This document shows, piece after piece, positions 1 through 12,296 of a stretch of DNA of 64,000 nucleotides (position 1 is the stretch's first letter; each line of letters begins with the position of its first letter). Below the pieces are notes generated by a model. That model ran no database searches, had not been told where the DNA came from, and saw only the letters and a list, made by a program, of their open reading frames with translations. This stretch comes from Thermodesulfobacteriota bacterium. GTDB taxonomy: Bacteria; Desulfobacterota_D; UBA1144; Nemesobacterales; UBA2774. The DNA lies in the NCBI GenBank assembly GCA_965216785.1, contig OZ244197.1, positions 1,568,001 to 1,632,000 on the forward strand, given 5' to 3'. Made by a program: the position numbers and the translations under genes.

Positions 1-998
1 TTGGTAAAACCGCAATCGCCGTTGACACGATAATAAATCAAAAAGAAGAAGATGTTTACTGCATATACGTAGCTGTGGGACAAAAGCAGTCCACTGTGGC
101 TCAGGTTGTTGATAAGCTAAGAGAGCACGGCGCTCTTGAGTATACAACTGTTGTTGCCGCTACAGCGAGCGACCCGGCTCCGTTTCAGTTCATCGCTCCA
201 TACGCTGGGTGCGCTCTAGGCGAGCATTTCCGCGATAATGGAAAACACGCACTTGTAATTTATGACGATTTAACAAAACACGCTTGGGCTTATCGTCAGC
301 TCTCACTGCTCCTTAGACGTCCTCCAGGACGTGAGGCATACCCGGGAGACGTTTTTTACCTGCACTCGAGACTTCTCGAAAGGGCCGCTAAGATGAGAGA
401 CGAAGACGGCGGCGGATCGCTCACAGCGCTCCCGATTATTGAAACACAGGCGGGCGACGTTTCAGCGTATATTCCCACGAACGTTATTTCGATCACGGAC
501 GGGCAGATTTATCTGGAGAGCGATCTTTTCTACTCAGGTATCAGGCCCGCGATTAACGTAGGCCTTTCGGTATCGAGGGTAGGTGGCTCGGCCCAGGTGA
601 AGGCTATGAAAAAAGTGGCCGGTACCCTGAGGCTCGACCTTGCTCAGTACAGAGAAGTTGAGGCGTTCTCGCAGTTCGCCTCTGATTTGGATAAGGCCAC
701 ACAGGCGCAGCTCGCACGAGGAAGCAGACTCGTGGAAGCGCTTAAACAAGGTCAGTATCAGCCCATCGCGGTGGAGAAGCAGATTCTCATCATCTATGCC
801 GTAACCAATGGTTACGTTGACGACTATCCTGTAGAGGCGGTTGATAAATACGAGAAAGAGCTTTATTCATTCTTCGAGTCGAAATACCAAAATATACTTG
901 ATGAGATAAAGACTAAGAAAGAGATTACCGATGAGCTTAAGGACAGCGTCGTAAACGCTCTTGACGAGCTTAAGAGTCAGTTGGGTGATCTTAAATAA
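1..998 (+). CDS. atpA: F1F0 ATP synthase alpha subunit (5' truncated by window edge)
   Basis: Frame open from base 3 ([13 protein letters not shown]); motifs [26 protein letters not shown] and [13 protein letters not shown]. Confidence 0.99.
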   Translation, partial: GKTAIAVDTIINQKEEDVYCIYVAVGQKQSTVAQVVDKLREHGALEYTTVVAATASDPAPFQFIAPYAGCALGEHFRDNGKHALVIYDDLTKHAWAYRQLSLLLRRPPGREAYPGDVFYLHSRLLERAAKMRDEDGGGSLTALPIIETQAGDVSAYIPTNVISITDGQIYLESDLFYSGIRPAINVGLSVSRVGGSAQVKAMKKVAGTLRLDLAQYREVEAFSQFASDLDKATQAQLARGSRLVEALKQGQYQPIAVEKQILIIYAVTNGYVDDYPVEAVDKYEKELYSFFESKYQNILDEIKTKKEITDELKDSVVNALDELKSQLGDLK

Positions 999-1042
999 AA
1001 ACTTGGAGTTAAGATAACTTTAGGAAACTACTGGAATAACAT

Positions 1043-3359
<2,317 letters not shown>

Positions 3360-3460
3360 TAGCGGAGGGTACGCTTGGCACGCTTATTAATTGAGGACGC
3401 GCGTATATAAAATTACGAAACCGGCTTCTCTTTGATATAGAGAAATAGGAGATATAAATT

Positions 3461-3721
3461 TTGGCTAACGAAATTCATCTGAAAGTGGTAACACCCATCA
3501 AGCTTGAGGTTGACGAGCAGGTAGATGAGGTTATAGCTCCGGGAGAGGTCGGCGAGTTCGGCGTGCTCCCCGGACACGAGCCCTTTGTTACTACACTTCA
3601 AAGCGGAGAGCTTAAGTACAGAAAAGGCGGGGTCGAGCGGAAATTGACCCTAGAGGGTGGCCTTGCCGATGTTAGGGAAGATAATGTGAATATTCTTGCC
3701 GACAGGGTCGTAGAGGACTAA
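3461..3721 (+). CDS. atpC: ATP synthase epsilon subunit, short form (N-terminal beta-sandwich only)
   Basis: VVTP and GEFGVLPGH motifs; follows atpD; 86 aa, TTG start. Confidence 0.93.
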   Translation: MANEIHLKVVTPIKLEVDEQVDEVIAPGEVGEFGVLPGHEPFVTTLQSGELKYRKGGVERKLTLEGGLADVREDNVNILADRVVED

Positions 3722-3744
3722 AAGGTCTTTGAGTTTTGCAGTAT

Positions 3745-4929
3745 CTACCTATGCAATGGCCTTCTTCGCATAGCGATCCATCCGACCATTCCCGTTATTG
3801 CTGCCATCACGATAAGGCTCCATTGTGATAGGGTAGGTATGGATCTTACGACGGGCTCAGCACAATTTATCTCATCCACAATTGATTCGAAGTTTATCCA
3901 CGAGTAAGTGAAACCTAGTATATTTATACTGTCGTTTCCCGTGAGCTGCGGAATTTGCCCTTTCACTGCTTCGCATTCAGAAACTGCAGGGATAATCAAA
4001 GCAAATATTAAAGTGTCGAAGCCCTCTTCACCGTTCATTAATCCCGTTAGAGAAGTCTGTCTTTCAATCCTTACAGTGTCATCACCAGTGTTTAAACGCA
4101 CACTGAAACTCGCGGGATTCTGCGCAATTAACTCACCACCTCTCAACGTGACCATATCGTTGCCACTACCTGAATGTACTGGATGATTGTTAGTACTTGT
4201 GACCGAAGCGTCTTCGATGATTACGGTATCATTGTCGCCCGCCGTGAAGATACCGTCGTTAGGATCACCTACAAGGGTTGCTCCTATAACAGTTACCCGG
4301 TCGTTTCCTGAGCCGGTACGTATCGCGTTCTGTCCGGATGATATTATCACTGCAGGCTGGAGACCGAATAGACCTACATTTACTATGTCATCATCTTCTT
4401 CAGTATTTATGCCGTTTGAACCGCTGTTTATACTACCTCCATTCACTGTTACCTCATCCATTCCGTCTCCGGTACGTATTCCGTGATTATTGCCGATTAT
4501 GTTCGTTCCGTTTGCAGTAACTCGGTCATTACCACCCTCAGTATGAATGGTATCGTTATTACCTTGTACTAAGCCTCCATTGACTGTTACAGTATCGTTG
4601 CCGTCATCGGTCTCGATTGCGTTCTGAGAGCCTATAACCACATCCTGAGCTGTGTTACCGTTGTTAACGACTACGGTGTCATTCCCGTCCTCTGTTTTTA
4701 TCGCGTCGCCTGGAGCATTAATACCTGCACCTGCTTGGACTGTAATATCATCATTATTATTGCCGGTGTTCACAGCGGTCGTCTCAGGGTTTGGCGGGTC
4801 TGTATCACAGACTATGATTTCACCCCCAGAAGGGTTGTTGCCGATGAAATCGCAGTCAGCAAGTGAATATTCGATAGATATGAAAAAGATACTAAGTAGG
4901 ATGATACCTATATTAAAATATCTAGACAT
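3745..4929 (-). CDS. Secreted RTX-like Ca-binding repeat protein with IPTL-CTERM sorting signal
   Basis: Signal peptide; repeated T-x-x-G-N-D-x-V-x-V units; C-terminal IPTLSQW + TM helix + RRR. Confidence 0.85.
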   Translation of the reverse strand: MSRYFNIGIILLSIFFISIEYSLADCDFIGNNPSGGEIIVCDTDPPNPETTAVNTGNNNDDITVQAGAGINAPGDAIKTEDGNDTVVVNNGNTAQDVVIGSQNAIETDDGNDTVTVNGGLVQGNNDTIHTEGGNDRVTANGTNIIGNNHGIRTGDGMDEVTVNGGSINSGSNGINTEEDDDIVNVGLFGLQPAVIISSGQNAIRTGSGNDRVTVIGATLVGDPNDGIFTAGDNDTVIIEDASVTSTNNHPVHSGSGNDMVTLRGGELIAQNPASFSVRLNTGDDTVRIERQTSLTGLMNGEEGFDTLIFALIIPAVSECEAVKGQIPQLTGNDSINILGFTYSWINFESIVDEINCAEPVVRSIPTLSQWSLIVMAAITGMVGWIAMRRRPLHR

Positions 4930-5040
4930 ACCGTTTTCCTCTCTTGTAAAACTCTCCTCAGAACTACAATCACGATACTATCATAGTTTTTTCAGCAGAA
5001 CAATTGGAGTTTGTTTATTGTAAAATGCTAAATTCTAGAA

Positions 5041-6363
5041 TCAGACAGGAACAGTCCTTCTTCGAATTGCAAACAGTCCGATAATTCCGAGCAGTCCTGT
5101 TGTAGCGATAAGCCCCCATTCGGAAAGTGTCGGTATATTCCTTGCCGTCATTGGGTCGAGACATGTGGCTACGAATACTTGTAAAATCTCTTGAGGGTTT
5201 CCGCCGTTTATGTTTGCCCGGGAGTCGAAAGCAACGCGCGTACCGTCTGCATTTAATACTGGGTGAAAGCTATCTCCATCCGAAACGTCCGTTACTTGAG
5301 TAAATTCGCCGTTTCCGGTATCGAAAAGCCATATCTCTCTTTCTCCGGTGGAATTATTGCCGTTAAAGTTAGCATCAGACTGAAATGTTATGACTGTGCC
5401 GTCTGCGTTTATTGAAGGGTCCTGGCTAATCCCGGGTATTACTGTAATCTGAGTAATAGTATTGGCATTTACATCATACAGGAACACTTTCGTAAACCCG
5501 TCGTTAAATTTTCCTACGAGGTTGTCGTTGGACTCAAAAGTAATGAAATTGCCGTCCGCGCTTATCCAAGCGTCTCCACTACCGCTCCCTGTTGAGGAAG
5601 TTATCTGTGTTATTATTCCGGTTGAAATATTCGCTAAATATATCTGTGGAATACCGTTCGGGTTTCCACCATTTATGTTAGCAGTTGATTGAAAGGCGAC
5701 TAAGTTCCCGTCAGCGCTTATTGAAGGATTGATACTATCTCCTGACGGCTCGTTTGTGATTTGAATAAATGTGAGCGTATTGGTATCGAACACAAATATT
5801 TCATCATTACCTCCTATATTTATGCCGTTTATGTCTGCTTCGGACTCAAAGGCCACACGATTTCCGGGCGCACTTATAAATGGGTCATTACTCGGCTCGT
5901 CCGGGTCGTCAGTTACCTGAGTAAATGTATCTGTAGTAGTATCAAAAATGTATATTTGTCTTCTGTTATTAGGGTTGCCTCCGTTAATATCCGATTCACT
6001 TTCAAATGCAACGCGTGTACCGTCACCGTTAATTGACGGGAAGAAGCTGGGCTCATTCGGATCATCCGTTATTTGGGTAAGAACCTTTGTTAAAGTATCG
6101 AAAATGTATACCTGTCTAATTAGATTTGGATTATTATCATTGATGTCTAGACTCGATTCAAAAGCGACATATCTGCCGTCAGCGTTTATAGATGGGTCCT
6201 CACTTGTGGCTTCAAATCCATCAGTAATCTGGAGTATACCTCGCTGCGGACAAACAAGCTCTTGTGCTAGTGATTCTGAAATTGAATAAGTCAGAAGAGT
6301 TAGCAGGGATAACAGGATAATAAGGGAATAAGCCTTAAGGCACAGATGATTAATAATTATCAT
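5041..6363 (-). CDS. TolB-like/PD40 beta-propeller surface protein with IPTL-CTERM
   Basis: Repeated PSINADG..VAFES units; C-terminal IPTLSEWGL-TM-RRR. Confidence 0.9.
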   Translation of the reverse strand: MIIINHLCLKAYSLIILLSLLTLLTYSISESLAQELVCPQRGILQITDGFEATSEDPSINADGRYVAFESSLDINDNNPNLIRQVYIFDTLTKVLTQITDDPNEPSFFPSINGDGTRVAFESESDINGGNPNNRRQIYIFDTTTDTFTQVTDDPDEPSNDPFISAPGNRVAFESEADINGINIGGNDEIFVFDTNTLTFIQITNEPSGDSINPSISADGNLVAFQSTANINGGNPNGIPQIYLANISTGIITQITSSTGSGSGDAWISADGNFITFESNDNLVGKFNDGFTKVFLYDVNANTITQITVIPGISQDPSINADGTVITFQSDANFNGNNSTGEREIWLFDTGNGEFTQVTDVSDGDSFHPVLNADGTRVAFDSRANINGGNPQEILQVFVATCLDPMTARNIPTLSEWGLIATTGLLGIIGLFAIRRRTVPV

Positions 6364-6551
6364 TAATGATATCCTCCCTAAAGAATTGAATTTACTTTAC
6401 CACAACTTATCTGAAAATAACAATAACAATTATCAAAATTATTAGACTCTTCGGCTCCAATTTAATAAATATGTGTTAGATCCCTTCCGCTTTACTTATA
6501 CTGTATATAGAGGCATAATTATCTGTCTAAATTCGATAGCGGGAGAATAAT

Positions 6552-7349
6552 ATGGCTCTAACCGAATCAGCTCCGGGACCTCTTATACTAAGACGTGATG
6601 AAGACGGTGTAGCTAATCTCACTATAAACAGACCCAAAGCGTATAACTCACTAACTATTGAGTGCATGGAAGCTTTTATAGATGAATTGGAGGACATCGC
6701 CTCCGATATATCTATCAGTGTTGTAGTTATATCGGGAGCTGGGAAGGGGTTTTGCGCAGGTCATGATATGAGGACGCTCAGGGCCAATCCTGAAAGATCT
6801 TTTTATGAAAAGACGTTTGCCACTTCTTCAAGATTGATGATGACGATTATTAATCTTCCCAAGCCCGTAATTGCTAAAGTACACGGTGTGGCCACGGCTG
6901 CGGGATGCCAGCTTGTTGCATCCTGTGATTTGGCTATCGCGGACGAGCACGCCAGGTTTGCCACTCCCGGAGTGAACATAGGGCTATTTTGCTCAACTCC
7001 AATGGTCTCTCTCTCCAGAAATGTAGCTAGAAAACAGGCTATGGAGATGCTCTTAACAGGCGATTTTATTTCAGCGCAGAGGGCTTATGAAATCGGTCTT
7101 ATTAACCACGTTGTCCCGTTTGAAGAGCTTGATAGCTCTGTAAACGAGCTCGCCCATAAAATTGCGAGCAAATCTCCCCTGACTCTTAAAATAGGTAAGA
7201 AAGCCTTTTACGAGCAGCTGGATAAGGATATGAAAGGCGCCTATGAATACTGCAGCCGGGTAATGGTGGAGAACATGATGGCCCGGGACGCGGAAGAGGG
7301 GATAGACGCTTTTCTCGAAAAGCGCGATCCGGTATGGAAGGGCGAGTAG
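6552..7349 (+). CDS. Enoyl-CoA hydratase/crotonase family protein
   Basis: FCAGHD, ATAAGCQLVASCD, PGVNIGLFCSTP motifs. Confidence 0.93.
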   Translation: MALTESAPGPLILRRDEDGVANLTINRPKAYNSLTIECMEAFIDELEDIASDISISVVVISGAGKGFCAGHDMRTLRANPERSFYEKTFATSSRLMMTIINLPKPVIAKVHGVATAAGCQLVASCDLAIADEHARFATPGVNIGLFCSTPMVSLSRNVARKQAMEMLLTGDFISAQRAYEIGLINHVVPFEELDSSVNELAHKIASKSPLTLKIGKKAFYEQLDKDMKGAYEYCSRVMVENMMARDAEEGIDAFLEKRDPVWKGE

Positions 7350-7485
7350 CTCGGTAATACTTGTTCTTTGGCTTACCCGCTTTTTCTTAATACGTTCTTA
7401 ACAATTCATAGCTATAATTTCCAATACACATTACTTCGGTAATCTTTGCCGTAAATCAGCCTATATATATGTATAGGAGATCAAA

Positions 7486-7857
7486 ATGAAAAGAGATTCT
7501 TCCATAAACGGGATAGGGTTCTTGTCGCAAACAGTTTTTTTAATAGCGATTTTTTGTCTTATGACCACATCAACATTCGGGTATCAGACGAATGTTCATA
7601 AGAGTGATGGAGTATCCGGAAACGTTGTTGAGAATACAGATTCATTTATATTAATAGCGGGCGGCGGTCTAAGCCACGGTATGACTAAACTGGAGGCTTA
7701 CGAGGTAAAAGGCATGCCGCATAAGACGAATAGGCTCCCTGGTGAAGACGGCAAAGAAATGTGGGTTTATCAGTGTGAGAATGACGACGGTTATAATGAG
7801 GATTGTCTTTATTTATATTTCGAAGGTGATAAGCTTGTGAAAATCGAGAGACCTTAG
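7486..7857 (+). CDS. Exported hypothetical protein with SmpA/BamE-like small domain
   Basis: Hydrophobic N-terminus; GMTK-E-G-P...WxY...LYF pattern; RBS AGGAG. Confidence 0.6.
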   Translation: MKRDSSINGIGFLSQTVFLIAIFCLMTTSTFGYQTNVHKSDGVSGNVVENTDSFILIAGGGLSHGMTKLEAYEVKGMPHKTNRLPGEDGKEMWVYQCENDDGYNEDCLYLYFEGDKLVKIERP

Positions 7858-7868
7858 AGCTGGGGGAT

Positions 7869-8939
7869 ATGAAAAAATATTATTTATTGGTATTTGTTAT
7901 TTTATCAATTTGTCTGACAAGTGTAGTTAACGCTCAGAGTGATAAATTATCTTTGCCATTTCTGATGGGCAGTAACCAGATATTGGTGCTCGGAGAAGAG
8001 TACGGGCAGGAAGAGTCAGCTGAGTTTGTACTTAAGACTGTTAGCGAGTATGTAAACAGCGGCGGTTGTCTGAAGGTCGGCCTTGAGATCTCATCTGACC
8101 AGCAGGAGCTTGTCGAAAGCGCTATGAAGGGCGAAGCTCAGATATCTGAAATTGAGCTCAGGGAAGAGCTGGATACGACTTCTTACAGACAGATGCTAGG
8201 GGGCTTTAGTAATGTGATTCAAGGCGGGGGCTGTCTTAGTGTGCACGCGCTCGATACGCCTTCCACCGTGCCTATTACCGGGGACGCATGGATGGAAAAA
8301 GAGGTGGTTCGTATAGTAGGAGACTCACCGGTTCTTATATTGACGAGTAATATCCGGGCTGTAAAGGATTACGATTCGGGTGAGGGTGATAGAGCAAAAC
8401 TTCTGACGCAGAGACTTCGCGCGAGGACTTACAGAGTGGCTTCTGTTCTACAGCACTGGAAACCGGGTGAATGCGCAACGAGAAATGTCGAGCTAATAAA
8501 TACGGTAGAAGAAAAGTCCGGGATTTATGTTAGAGAGTCAATAGGTGAGATCGGAGCCAAAATGCCTGAGAAGGTAAGCATGGTGACGGACGGTGTGCTG
8601 GTCTGGAGTTGTAAAAGAGTCGAGGTTGTAAAGGAGACAGAGGTCCTTCCGAATAACGTTATCGAGGAAAAGTACGCTCTTGAGGTAGTAGACACAGAGC
8701 TTGTGGAAAGAGATGAAGAGCAACTAAAGAAAATAAGAGGCGGAATCAAGCATAATTACCCTATCTTGGGAATGACGAAAAAAGAGGCTGTAGAGGCTCT
8801 CGGTGACCCTGATGAGGTAAAGAAGTCAGGGATTAGTGAAGAGTGGACCTATGAGTGTAGTGATGATGACGGTTTTGACTATGAATGTTTTGTACTCAGG
8901 TTCAAGCAGGGTATCCTGGCTGATTTTAAAGAGCAGTAG
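7869..8939 (+). CDS. Exported hypothetical protein; C-terminal domain paralogous to the upstream ORF
   Basis: Signal peptide; C-terminal GMTKKEA...WTYECSDDDG..ECFVLRF. Confidence 0.65.
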   Translation: MKKYYLLVFVILSICLTSVVNAQSDKLSLPFLMGSNQILVLGEEYGQEESAEFVLKTVSEYVNSGGCLKVGLEISSDQQELVESAMKGEAQISEIELREELDTTSYRQMLGGFSNVIQGGGCLSVHALDTPSTVPITGDAWMEKEVVRIVGDSPVLILTSNIRAVKDYDSGEGDRAKLLTQRLRARTYRVASVLQHWKPGECATRNVELINTVEEKSGIYVRESIGEIGAKMPEKVSMVTDGVLVWSCKRVEVVKETEVLPNNVIEEKYALEVVDTELVERDEEQLKKIRGGIKHNYPILGMTKKEAVEALGDPDEVKKSGISEEWTYECSDDDGFDYECFVLRFKQGILADFKEQ

Positions 8940-9052
8940 TTCTTAGAATCCTACCTGTAAATCCGTTATAGATTTATACTGATACTACAAATTCGGTATA
9001 CCCTTAATGTAGAACTAGGTTAGAGATGTGGTTATAGGCAAAAACCAAGAGC

Positions 9053-9796
9053 CTAGCTTTTCTCTTTTTCCCCGTCATCCGAGGCAGTCTCTTCGGGCGC
9101 TTTAGCTTCTTCAGGGGTTTCTTGCGCTGCTTCAGCTTCTTCAGCCTTGGTTTCTTCAGGCGCGTCCTCTTCGGCAGCTTCAGCAGGAGCTTCCTCTGCT
9201 GCTGGAGCTTCTTCCGCTTGCTCGGCCTGAGCCTGTTCCGGAGCCTCGTTTGTGTCCTGGGTTTCAGGTTCTTGAGTTGTCTGCTCGGCGGTTTCTTCCG
9301 GGGCTTGAGTCTCTGATTGCTCTACCTGAGACTCTTCTATCTGAGGTTCTTGAGCCTCCTGCTCGGCAGCCTTGGCTTCTTCAACCTCTGCAGCCGCGGC
9401 AACTTTAGCCTCCGCCTCTTTGGCTTTTAACTCAGCGTTTTGATAATCGAGCCTTGAGCGCTCTTTGATTCGGCTTGCTTTCTTGGAGAGTCCTCTTAGG
9501 TAATAGAGTTTGGCACGCCTTACTTTTCCGAGCCTCTTTACCTCTATTTTATCTATTAGCGGAGAATGAAGAGCGAATATCCTCTCTACCCCGACACCGT
9601 ATGAGACCTTTCTCACGATGAATGTCTCTCTCGCGCCTCCGCCTTTTATGGCTATCACGACGCCTTCGAAAATCTGGATTCTTTCCCTGTCGCCCTCTTT
9701 AATCTTGTAATGGACGGCCACCGTATCTCCAGAGCGGAAATCGGGCAGGTCTTCTCTCATGTAGGATTTCTCTAATTCCTGTATAACGCTCATCAT
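9053..9796 (-). CDS. rplS: 50S ribosomal protein L19 with long acidic C-terminal extension
   Basis: [32 protein letters not shown] motifs. Confidence 0.98.
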   Translation of the reverse strand: MMSVIQELEKSYMREDLPDFRSGDTVAVHYKIKEGDRERIQIFEGVVIAIKGGGARETFIVRKVSYGVGVERIFALHSPLIDKIEVKRLGKVRRAKLYYLRGLSKKASRIKERSRLDYQNAELKAKEAEAKVAAAAEVEEAKAAEQEAQEPQIEESQVEQSETQAPEETAEQTTQEPETQDTNEAPEQAQAEQAEEAPAAEEAPAEAAEEDAPEETKAEEAEAAQETPEEAKAPEETASDDGEKEKS

Positions 9797-9829
9797 TGTT
9801 CTCCTGAATTTCTTCCTATTTTTCTAAAT

Positions 9830-11131
9830 TTATACTACAGATGAAAATAATCTATCCAATATAATTGCCGCCGCGCTTCTGACCGATAAGTGATTGTAGT
9901 CAGTATATCCAGAAACGGGTTTTAGCGTATAATCGGCCTCTTCCATAATCTCTTTCGCAAGGCCCCAGCCCGTACCGAAAAGAAGTAAATAAGGATCGTC
10001 TCCCCGCTCTAGTATCAGCTCTCTAAGCTCCTCGTACCCTATCATGTCATCCCCAAAGCGAGCGTCCGTTACGATGATTTTAGGCTTCTTACCGTGAGCT
10101 TTTTCTATCTCCTCTACCACATCTTTAATCGAGTCTTTTACACAAACCAGGCTAAGTGCCCTTGTTCTCGATTCATTAAACGATGTTCCCGGCCCATTTG
10201 ACCAATGCTTGAGCACGCGCTCTATTAACTGCTGCTGCTCAGGGTTTGGCTGTACGAGAAAAAAGTTCTTTATCCCGTAAGTAGCGCAGGACCTGGCAAT
10301 ATCATGAACGTCTAGATTCGTAAACGCTGTGGTTATAATTTTAAACCGATTATTGTATACTGGATAATGGACTAATGCAATATGTAAATTAAATGGACTA
10401 TCGCTTTTCTTTTTAAGCTCTTTAACGGCCTCCAGCTCTTTTTTCGTCAGCTCCGCCCTGTCCAAAAGCCCGGGTCTTCTCCGATACGTCCTCTCTATGC
10501 TTTCTTGCCTCCTCCAGGCCTCTATTTCGCTATGGTTACCAGAGAGCAGCACATCCGGCACGTTTTTACCTTTGTAGCTCTCGGGTCTTGTGTACTGGGG
10601 GTATTCAAGAAGAGAGTACTTAAAAGATTCATTCTCTGGGGACAGCTCGTTCCCGAGCACTCCAGGCACAAACCTGGATACGCAGTCTACAATCACGCAC
10701 GCCGCGTATTCTCCTCCCGTAAGCACGAAATCGCCAAGCGAAATCTCCCGGTCTACATAGAGCTCCTTTACTCTCTCGTCTATCCCCTCGTATCTGCCGC
10801 ATATTACAATAATCTGCTCGTACGAGGCCAATTCCCTCGCGGTTCTGTCGTTAAATCTTTCCCCCGCGGGCGTGGTGAGAACAACCAGGGATTTAGCGCC
10901 GGGTTTCCTTACGGCTTCAATAGCCGCTCCGACAGGCTCTGGCTTCATGAGCATTCCGCCCCCGCCCCCGTAAGGGGTGTCGTCAACCGAGCGGTGCTTA
11001 TCGGTTGTCCAGTTCCTTAAATCGTGAGTCTCGATGTCGATTATGTTTTTATCCCGGGCTTTTTTGATATTGCCCACCGCCAGGGGGGAATCAAAAAACT
11101 CAGGAAATATTGTAATTATGTCGTATTTCAT
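9830..11131 (-). CDS. trmD: tRNA (guanine37-N1)-methyltransferase fused to a second SPOUT-type RNA methyltransferase domain
   Basis: VDDTPYGGG, CGRYEGIDER, LLEYPQYTRP; C-terminal LVHYPV..TNLDVHDIAR..FGTGWGL..YNHLSVRSA domain. Confidence 0.95.
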   Translation of the reverse strand: MKYDIITIFPEFFDSPLAVGNIKKARDKNIIDIETHDLRNWTTDKHRSVDDTPYGGGGGMLMKPEPVGAAIEAVRKPGAKSLVVLTTPAGERFNDRTARELASYEQIIVICGRYEGIDERVKELYVDREISLGDFVLTGGEYAACVIVDCVSRFVPGVLGNELSPENESFKYSLLEYPQYTRPESYKGKNVPDVLLSGNHSEIEAWRRQESIERTYRRRPGLLDRAELTKKELEAVKELKKKSDSPFNLHIALVHYPVYNNRFKIITTAFTNLDVHDIARSCATYGIKNFFLVQPNPEQQQLIERVLKHWSNGPGTSFNESRTRALSLVCVKDSIKDVVEEIEKAHGKKPKIIVTDARFGDDMIGYEELRELILERGDDPYLLLFGTGWGLAKEIMEEADYTLKPVSGYTDYNHLSVRSAAAIILDRLFSSVV

Positions 11132-11171
11132 AGCAGATAATCTGTAGCGGGGATATTTTGCTTAGCTCATA

Positions 11172-11681
11172 TTAATCAAGCATTCCTTTTGTGGGAGCAA
11201 TAACGATTTTCCCCTCTTCGAGGTTTACTTCTTTTACGATAGGATCAGCCATAGGTACGAGTAACTCTTTACCTTCGTTTTTAATTATCAGGATACTTTG
11301 AATCGTCCGTTCCATGATGTCTTCGACACTGCCCAGGTAAGTACCGTCTTCTGTGAAAGCTTTGAGTCCGATTAACTCCAAGAAATAAAATTCATCCTCT
11401 TCTAACTCCCCGAGCTCTGATTCTTCGATGAAAACCTCTTGGCCGCTCAGGCTCTGGGCTTTTTCTACTGAATCCACGCCGCGTAGTTTTAAGATTGCCG
11501 TGTTTTTATGGAACGTCATGCTTAGGATTGTATATTCATCGGCGGCAGAAGAGGTGTTATTATCTATAAAGATTTTAGTAATCTTGTCAAAGCTATGGAG
11601 CGAGCGGCTGTGCGGCAGCAGCTTTAGCTCTCCCGCAAGCCCGTGTGTCTTTGTAATTTTACCGAAAGAAATTAGCCCCAT
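11172..11681 (-). CDS. rimM: 16S rRNA processing protein RimM
   Basis: GKI..THGLAGE, EDEFY..LIGL motifs; synteny. Confidence 0.95.
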   Translation of the reverse strand: MGLISFGKITKTHGLAGELKLLPHSRSLHSFDKITKIFIDNNTSSAADEYTILSMTFHKNTAILKLRGVDSVEKAQSLSGQEVFIEESELGELEEDEFYFLELIGLKAFTEDGTYLGSVEDIMERTIQSILIIKNEGKELLVPMADPIVKEVNLEEGKIVIAPTKGMLD

Positions 11682-11703
11682 ATCTTGAAAAGGGGGATAT
11701 AGG

Positions 11704-11943
11704 TTATTCCAGTATCTCGAGAACGGCCCGTTTTCTCATCTTGGCTGCTGACGCGCTAAGGATAGTCCTGATTGCTTTGGCTGTCTTTCCCTGTTTCCCT
11801 ATAATTTTACCCAGATCATCAGGAGCCACCTTAAGCTCAAGCACCGCCGTCTGCTCTCCAGCAACCTCGCGAACCTCTACCTGGTCGGGATTGTCAACCA
11901 GGGATTTCGCAATGAATGTAACAAGCTCTGTAATCTGATCCAT
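11704..11943 (-). CDS. khpA: KH-domain RNA-binding protein
   Basis: [19 protein letters not shown] motifs; between rpsP and rimM. Confidence 0.93.
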   Translation of the reverse strand: MDQITELVTFIAKSLVDNPDQVEVREVAGEQTAVLELKVAPDDLGKIIGKQGKTAKAIRTILSASAAKMRKRAVLEILE

Positions 11944-12010
11944 ATCTGATACCTCCCCTGTGTGGTCTGACTAGTCTTCTTATCCCATATTTTAGTATCT
12001 GTATATGTCT

Positions 12011-12244
12011 TCAGTTCAAGCTTGAGATCAACTTCTCGACCCTGACCGATGGCTGCGCACCTTTATCGATCCAGTCCTGCACTCGATCTTTTTTAACTTC
12101 CAGAACATGAGGTTTCTTTCTTGGATCGTAAAAACCCAGAATCTCTAGAAATTTCCCGTCTCTTGGTGAGCGTGAATCCGCCGCCACTATCCTGTAAAAC
12201 GGCCTCTTTTTAGAACCGCTTCTTGTAAGTCTTATCTTTACCAA
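12011..12244 (-). CDS. rpsP: 30S ribosomal protein S16
   Basis: [19 protein letters not shown] motifs. Confidence 0.98.
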   Translation of the reverse strand: MVKIRLTRSGSKKRPFYRIVAADSRSPRDGKFLEILGFYDPRKKPHVLEVKKDRVQDWIDKGAQPSVRVEKLISSLN

Positions 12245-12296
12245 ATTATTCGTACCTCCTAGTACAATTACCAGTATAATCTAAAATCAAGTAAAA

